From IMG/VR virus record IMGVR_UViG_3300042544_001941: a stretch of DNA of 64,000 nt. One strand, 5' to 3'. The notes beneath the pieces are model-generated. The model made no database searches. It was not told the origin of the DNA and saw only the letters and a program-made list of their open reading frames with translations. Source of the DNA: a virus. A program made the translations under genes and the position numbers. Shown here one piece after another: positions 58,433 to 64,000 of the stretch (the stretch's first letter is position 1; each line of letters opens with the position of its first letter).

Positions 58433-61400
58433 TGGCTAAAATAACAAGAAAGGTCCCATATCAGGCGGCTAGTGGTGGTGAAACGTTCAATGACAAGCTC
58501 ATCGGTTTACAAATAACTGATGGTTCTAGTCAATTGGCCAATACTCAATTCCTTATTGATAGGGTAATTCCTGAAAAAGATAGTAAGACCTTTCACACAC
58601 AACCATTTTCTGATTTCCTTACTTTAGACACATTAAAAGAAGAAACAAATTCAATTTATGATAATAATTCTACAGGTATTAATTCATCTGATAGAAGTAA
58701 AAAAATTAAATTTCATAATTCTAAAAATGATGCATCGAAATCTTTATTTGGTTCCTTATCAACAAGATTAAATGGTGCGGTGGGGAACATTATTGAAAGC
58801 TTTCCCGCAGCGTTATTAGTTGACGTCGACTCACCGGTTTCATCTACAAATGTTAGTGCGGTATTAACGGGAGCAACTCTTGGTTACGACTCAATTTCAA
58901 ACACCACACAATTTCAGTTTAAAAAATCTTTAATTTATAACCCATTTGATATTGTTATTCAAAGACCTCAAGGGGTCGAAGTTTTACAATCAACTAATTC
59001 ATATAGAGATTTTTATTCATCATATACAAAATATGTGGTAGATAACCTCAGTGGTTCAACATATGAAATTGTTTCATACGAAGAACCTGATAATGATGGT
59101 TTTATTACATTAAAAGTAAAAGGATATTGTTTCGGTGGATATTCAATATACACTGACAATTATTTAATTAGACCAAATAATGGTGTAACTGAAGAATTTT
59201 TCAATAGTCTTGATGAATTAGAAACTGTATTATTAGATAGAGAATCAACACCAAAATATACTGCAGCGTTTAGAATACCGACAGATTTATATGACGGAGC
59301 AGTTACAGAATTACAAAGTGAATTTGCAACTTGGCCGTTAAGTAGAGACGGGTGGAACCTACAAATAGTTGGTCTTGATTACGAATCATACGTTTCCGCA
59401 TTAAGTAATATAGGTAATATTGTTGATGATTATAAATCTAATTTAATCATTAGATTTATGACATCACCTCAACTTTATGAATTCGATACTGAAGGAAAGA
59501 AAGCAGAGGCGATTTTTCAACTTTACGGACAAAGTTTTGATAAGGTAAAGAAGTTTATCGATAATATTGCGTTTATGAGAAATGTTAGCTATGATAAAGC
59601 TAACAACGTACCTGACGTATTATTAAAAAATTTAGCGGAAACATTAGGTCTATCAACAGTCAATCTTTATGATGAAAAGTCATTAGAAGAAACTCTTTAT
59701 ACAAGACATACTTCACAATACGATGGACTTAATATAGGTGCTAATCTATTAGAGGGTGAGTATGAATTTTACAGAAGATTAATTGTAAACCTTGCACAAT
59801 TATATAAATCAAAAGGTACAAGATTAGCGATTGAATTCTTTTTAAAATTCATCGGTGCTCCTGAACCTATGATAAGGTTGGATGAATACATCTATCGAGT
59901 TGATAGTTTACTACCAAAGGCAACATACGAAAATGATATTAGAGATGTCATCAATGGAGTGAAAGAATTTCAACACGTTGAGTTTGTACCATTTGCACAA
60001 ACAATCGATGGTGTTGATTACAACGCATACACTTATAGATTGGTGACCACATCTGGTTCAACCGTACTATCAAGAAGTCAATATCCTGTAACAACTGATG
60101 GATTACCGAGAGGATTGGAAAGTTCGGACGGTTCATTGTATTTTGCAATGGGTGCTGGTTGGTACAGAAAAACATTAGACCATAGGTCTGGTGATATCTT
60201 AGACGTTGAAAATTCAGTACTTACGGGTAATACTAAAGTTCTTAAAACAAAATCAAAACCATTTACATATGGTGAAGATTATTTTAATAACTACAGAAAA
60301 TTACCTGGTTTAGATTATGGTTACGATTTGAACATCGAAATTGATAATAGAAAAACTGAAGTATTAGATGACGATGGTAATTTCACATATAAATTAAACA
60401 GAAAAAATATTAATATTTTCTTAGATGGCTCAAGAGCAATTGATTATGACATCTATAGAAAAAGTAGAAACTTAACGTTGACTTTCGGTACTTTACCACC
60501 ACAGGAAAGACCTTCATTCGCTGAGTTCTTAAAAGAAGCAATTAGTCAAGTAATTAGAAACTCAAGTACAATTAAGTACAAGAAAGAATACCGACTATTA
60601 AAACAAGTTTATGAATCGTATGTAAATAGCGTTTCATTTACACCGTACAACTACATTAAAATAAATGAATTCATTCAAAGAATGAGTCCATATTGGGTTA
60701 ATGTAATTGACCAATTCGTTCCTGCGACAACTCAATGGTTGGGAGGTAACTTAATAGAAAATGGAATATTCGGTAGGTCTAAGTTTCAATATAAACAACC
60801 TTGTACACCAAAAGAATTTGTTGAGGTATTGTATCCTGATTTTGAAACTGTAATTGAAGAAGATTTAGAAACAATTTTAGGAGGTGGTACAACATCATAT
60901 GAAAATGTATCTAATGAAGATAGTCTAAGAGGATTATTTTCATTTAGTGGTTTGACATATACAATTTATTTAAACATAAATGGTAGTATCTATTCAGGAA
61001 CAAGTTCAAACTTACGTTCAGAACTTTTTACAGGATACACACCAACGGTTAATTGTACCTCATTAACTCAAACATCTTTATCAGTTCCATTAATTTGTGA
61101 TTACAAAAATTGGATTAATTTAAATTTACCATTAATTAAAAACGAATGGAAAGAGACATTAACCGATTTAGTACAAACAATTAATAGTCAAATAACTCAA
61201 GACAACTATGGTTGTATTGATGATTATGCACCATACACAGCAAAGACACAAACAGCGAATTGTTCTCAGATTTATAAAAAGACACTTTCATTAGAATATT
61301 TCTTAGATATTGATGGTGTTGAAAAGGTAAGATTTACATTAGATACTACTGATTGTAGAAATGGTGAAGATATTGATTTTTATTTTGAACCGAATTATGG

Positions 61401-64000
61401 TTTAGATAAAGACGAATGTAATTTAAGAGTTGAATTATCAGGTCCTTGTATAACATATCAAGGAACAACAGAAGAATGTCAATTAGTAGAAGACATTTAT
61501 ATTACAGTAACTGGCGGAACCGGTGTTGAAAATAATGGCATTTGGGATTTGAACATTTATGTTACAAGTGGTACTACTTGTGATACAGGTGTTTGTACTG
61601 ATTGTGACTTTATAGAAATAAACGACCCAAAACCAATTAAAAGGGCTATCTTTAGTTCTAACCTACAATTAGTTACTTGTACCTACATTATACCTAACGT
61701 TAAAGAAACTGATTTATATGATATTATAATTTCAGATGCTGCGAACTGTGAACAAAAATTCAGAATTGAAGGTCTACAAAAAAGAGTAGTACAAGTTTCC
61801 GATGAGGTTAGTGGCTATACCATCAATCCAAAAGTTCAATACAAGACATCTTTTGATTATGGTATAAAGAAAGGAACTGAAATTTACAAATATATTTCAG
61901 GCACTGTCCCAACAACTTGGCAAGGTTTACAAAGTAGTATATCGTCTGGAAATATTATTGAAACATCAATCGAAAATGTTACAATAGGGGATACGATTTT
62001 AAGTATAAGTCAAAAAGATTGTAATTTACTTCCAACAGAAATGTTTAAGTTCGTTGAGAGTAATGGTTATCAATTTACCTTTGATTATTCATTAATAAAA
62101 GTCGTAAGAAAAGAATGTTTAAGTTCAATTAAGAAAGATGTTATTAATGGTGAGTTTGAGGTGTTACCAACAAGTAAAGTTTTGGTATACACTAACATCA
62201 ATGAATACTTAGAAACTGTTCCATATCATTTTACATACAAATATCCTGAAGATTTATTTGTAAGACCTGAACAACCTGAAGTACCTTGTTGTGAATATCC
62301 TGAAGGACATTTTCAGAGTGGAGACTTTATGATAAGTCAATACGGTTTTCCTATTGAGGTAACAAGTGTTGATTTAAATTATTGTAATAGAGGAATTTAC
62401 TATACATTAGTAACATCAGGAACTTCAATAAATTCAGACACAATCTTATTTAATGGACCTTCAAGTGGTATTAATAGAATTGTTGTATCAACTAAAAATG
62501 ATTCAGCATTCACTAGTTCATTTACAGGAGATAAATTTGAGTGTTTAGATATTAATACTCAACAATATTATTTAGGTTATGAGTGTGACACTGTACCAAG
62601 TGTTCAAAGTTTATTAAGAAATGTTGAATGTACAGATGGTAATTGTTCTCAAACACAAATAGGACCTAATGGTTGTACATCGTACAATCCTGAAGATACC
62701 ACACCAACTCCAACCCCTACACCGAGCCCAACTCCTACACCGAGCCCAACTCCTACACCGAGCCCAACTCCTACAGGTACGCCGACACCAACACCTACCA
62801 GTACTCCTACACCAACTAGTACCCCTACACCAACATCAACTCCAACACCAACTGCAACAGGTACGCCTACACCTACACCAACATCAACTCCAACACCAAC
62901 TGCAACACCTATACCACCAACCGCAACGCCAACAATTACCCCAACACCTACCGCAACAGGTACACCTACACCAACGCCAACAATTACCCCAACTCCTGTT
63001 TGTAACTTTAATGTGAGTGTAATTTTAGTATCGTCAACTCCTACTCCTACACCGACATCAACACCAACGCCAACACCGACGCCTGTTTGTGACTTTAATG
63101 TAGGGGTTACTATTATAGCTTCAACACCAACTCCAACACCTACATCCACACCAACTCCAACTCCTACACCTGTTTGTGATTTTAACATAGGTGTTAACAT
63201 TATTGCATCAACTCCGACCCCTACACCAACACCTACTAGTACACCAACTCCAACACCTACACCAACCCCTACACCGGTTTGTGATTTCGGTATTGGAGTG
63301 ATAGTTATCGCATCTACACCAACCCCGACACCAACACCTACACCAACTAATACACCTACCAGTACTCCTACGCCAACTCCGACACCTACACCAACTCCGG
63401 TTTGTGAATTTGGAATTGGAGTAACGATTATTGCATCTACACCAACACCAACGCCAACACCTACAAGTACACCAACTAGCACTCCTACTAATACACCAAC
63501 TGTAACTCCAACACCTACACCGGTTTGTGAATTTGGAATTGAGACGATTATTATTGCATCAACTCCAACCCCTACACCAACATCAACTCCAACCCCAACT
63601 GCGACTGCTACACCTACACCAACCGCAACCGCAACTCCGACATCAACACCAACTAGCACACCAACTAGCACTCCAACACCAACTGCAACTCCAATATGTG
63701 AATTTGGAATTGGAACAATTATTATCGCATCAACTCCAACTCCTACACCTACTAGTACACCAACTAACACACCAACACCAACACCTACAAGTACACCAAC
63801 ACCTACCGCAACAGGTACACCTACACCTACACCAACTAACACACCAACGAATACGCCTACACCAACGGCTACCGCAACTCCAACACCAACTGCAACTCCG
63901 GTTTGTGAATTTGGAATTGGGGTGATAGTTATTGCATCAACTCCAACACCTACACCTACTAGTACACCAACTAGTACACCAACACCTACGCCGACATCAA
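58432..64000 (+). CDS. Giant baseplate wedge/fibre protein (gp7 / P2 gpI-like domain, Cys-rich region, Pro/Thr repeats), 3'-truncated
   Basis: Absent from the ORF track because it has no stop in the window. ATG at 58432 (TAATG coupling); in-frame [15 protein letters not shown] and [25 protein letters not shown]; the same frame gives the TP repeats from 62698. Confidence 0.85.
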   Translation, partial: MAKITRKVPYQAASGGETFNDKLIGLQITDGSSQLANTQFLIDRVIPEKDSKTFHTQPFSDFLTLDTLKEETNSIYDNNSTGINSSDRSKKIKFHNSKNDASKSLFGSLSTRLNGAVGNIIESFPAALLVDVDSPVSSTNVSAVLTGATLGYDSISNTTQFQFKKSLIYNPFDIVIQRPQGVEVLQSTNSYRDFYSSYTKYVVDNLSGSTYEIVSYEEPDNDGFITLKVKGYCFGGYSIYTDNYLIRPNNGVTEEFFNSLDELETVLLDRESTPKYTAAFRIPTDLYDGAVTELQSEFATWPLSRDGWNLQIVGLDYESYVSALSNIGNIVDDYKSNLIIRFMTSPQLYEFDTEGKKAEAIFQLYGQSFDKVKKFIDNIAFMRNVSYDKANNVPDVLLKNLAETLGLSTVNLYDEKSLEETLYTRHTSQYDGLNIGANLLEGEYEFYRRLIVNLAQLYKSKGTRLAIEFFLKFIGAPEPMIRLDEYIYRVDSLLPKATYENDIRDVINGVKEFQHVEFVPFAQTIDGVDYNAYTYRLVTTSGSTVLSRSQYPVTTDGLPRGLESSDGSLYFAMGAGWYRKTLDHRSGDILDVENSVLTGNTKVLKTKSKPFTYGEDYFNNYRKLPGLDYGYDLNIEIDNRKTEVLDDDGNFTYKLNRKNINIFLDGSRAIDYDIYRKSRNLTLTFGTLPPQERPSFAEFLKEAISQVIRNSSTIKYKKEYRLLKQVYESYVNSVSFTPYNYIKINEFIQRMSPYWVNVIDQFVPATTQWLGGNLIENGIFGRSKFQYKQPCTPKEFVEVLYPDFETVIEEDLETILGGGTTSYENVSNEDSLRGLFSFSGLTYTIYLNINGSIYSGTSSNLRSELFTGYTPTVNCTSLTQTSLSVPLICDYKNWINLNLPLIKNEWKETLTDLVQTINSQITQDNYGCIDDYAPYTAKTQTANCSQIYKKTLSLEYFLDIDGVEKVRFTLDTTDCRNGEDIDFYFEPNYGLDKDECNLRVELSGPCITYQGTTEECQLVEDIYITVTGGTGVENNGIWDLNIYVTSGTTCDTGVCTDCDFIEINDPKPIKRAIFSSNLQLVTCTYIIPNVKETDLYDIIISDAANCEQKFRIEGLQKRVVQVSDEVSGYTINPKVQYKTSFDYGIKKGTEIYKYISGTVPTTWQGLQSSISSGNIIETSIENVTIGDTILSISQKDCNLLPTEMFKFVESNGYQFTFDYSLIKVVRKECLSSIKKDVINGEFEVLPTSKVLVYTNINEYLETVPYHFTYKYPEDLFVRPEQPEVPCCEYPEGHFQSGDFMISQYGFPIEVTSVDLNYCNRGIYYTLVTSGTSINSDTILFNGPSSGINRIVVSTKNDSAFTSSFTGDKFECLDINTQQYYLGYECDTVPSVQSLLRNVECTDGNCSQTQIGPNGCTSYNPEDTTPTPTPTPSPTPTPSPTPTPSPTPTGTPTPTPTSTPTPTSTPTPTSTPTPTATGTPTPTPTSTPTPTATPIPPTATPTITPTPTATGTPTPTPTITPTPVCNFNVSVILVSSTPTPTPTSTPTPTPTPVCDFNVGVTIIASTPTPTPTSTPTPTPTPVCDFNIGVNIIASTPTPTPTPTSTPTPTPTPTPTPVCDFGIGVIVIASTPTPTPTPTPTNTPTSTPTPTPTPTPTPVCEFGIGVTIIASTPTPTPTPTSTPTSTPTNTPTVTPTPTPVCEFGIETIIIASTPTPTPTSTPTPTATATPTPTATATPTSTPTSTPTSTPTPTATPICEFGIGTIIIASTPTPTPTSTPTNTPTPTPTSTPTPTATGTPTPTPTNTPTNTPTPTATATPTPTATPVCEFGIGVIVIASTPTPTPTSTPTSTPTPTPTS
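62698..64000 (+). repeat. Pro/Thr low-complexity repeat with eight interspersed (V/I)C(D/E/N)F(N/G)(V/I)xxxxIAS-like units
   Basis: Units start at 62998, 63085, 63172, 63277, 63400, 63523, 63694 and 63901; exact 18-bp tandem CCTACACCGAGCCCAACT x3 at 62716-62769. Confidence 0.9.

Noticed and set aside
62649-63842. 397-aa minus-strand VGVGV ORF, and the plus-strand off-frame ORFs 62669-63016 and 63527-63925
   Set aside because: Shadows of the Thr-Pro repeat in the long plus-strand gene that starts at 58432.
1-64000. Stop-codon reassignment as in some large phages
   Set aside because: Genes are full length in code 11, and TAG (e.g. dut, 4416 gene) and TGA (31933, 42403) both occur as apparently genuine stops.

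Overview
A 64-kb segment of a large, AT-rich tailed bacteriophage: a myovirus with distant T4-like morphogenesis genes, standard genetic code and gene-dense layout. The host is most likely Bacteroidota, judged from TTTG-N19-21-TAnnTTTG promoters, A-rich leaders mostly without Shine-Dalgarno, a DUF4494-like gene and a Bacteroidota/eukaryote-type class Ia RNR. Left end (minus strand): two glycosyltransferases, a HAD-like protein, PhoH, dUTPase and a late operon with a stand-alone WYL protein and a 47-aa-repeat protein. Middle: fibre genes, family-B DNA polymerase, neck, an inserted PD-(D/E)xK-like nuclease, SNF2 helicase, head closure, tail terminator, sheath, tube, chaperone, tape measure and large hub proteins. 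Right: Dps-like protein, SSB, RecA/UvsX, 5'-3' exonuclease, DnaB, nrdB/nrdA, baseplate wedge genes and a >1850-aa protein with mucin-like Pro/Thr repeats that runs off the window. Signals beyond the gene list: (1) a pervasive [S/T]-G-x-[T/S] motif in virion proteins next to phage glycosyltransferases (possible virion glycosylation); (2) a parS-like palindrome plus iteron-like repeats between sheath and tube; (3) a structured, possibly pseudoknotted RNA after nrdA; (4) an unannotated +1/-2 frameshift ORF before the tape measure; (5) a TATTTAT(A/T) motif before late genes, often only 2-5 nt from the ATG; (6) a shared LxE-(I/L)-x-R motif on candidate head-packaged proteins; (7) apparent GATC avoidance. 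No CRISPR array, tRNA, rRNA, intein or integrase was seen. All family calls are from motif recognition, not database searches.
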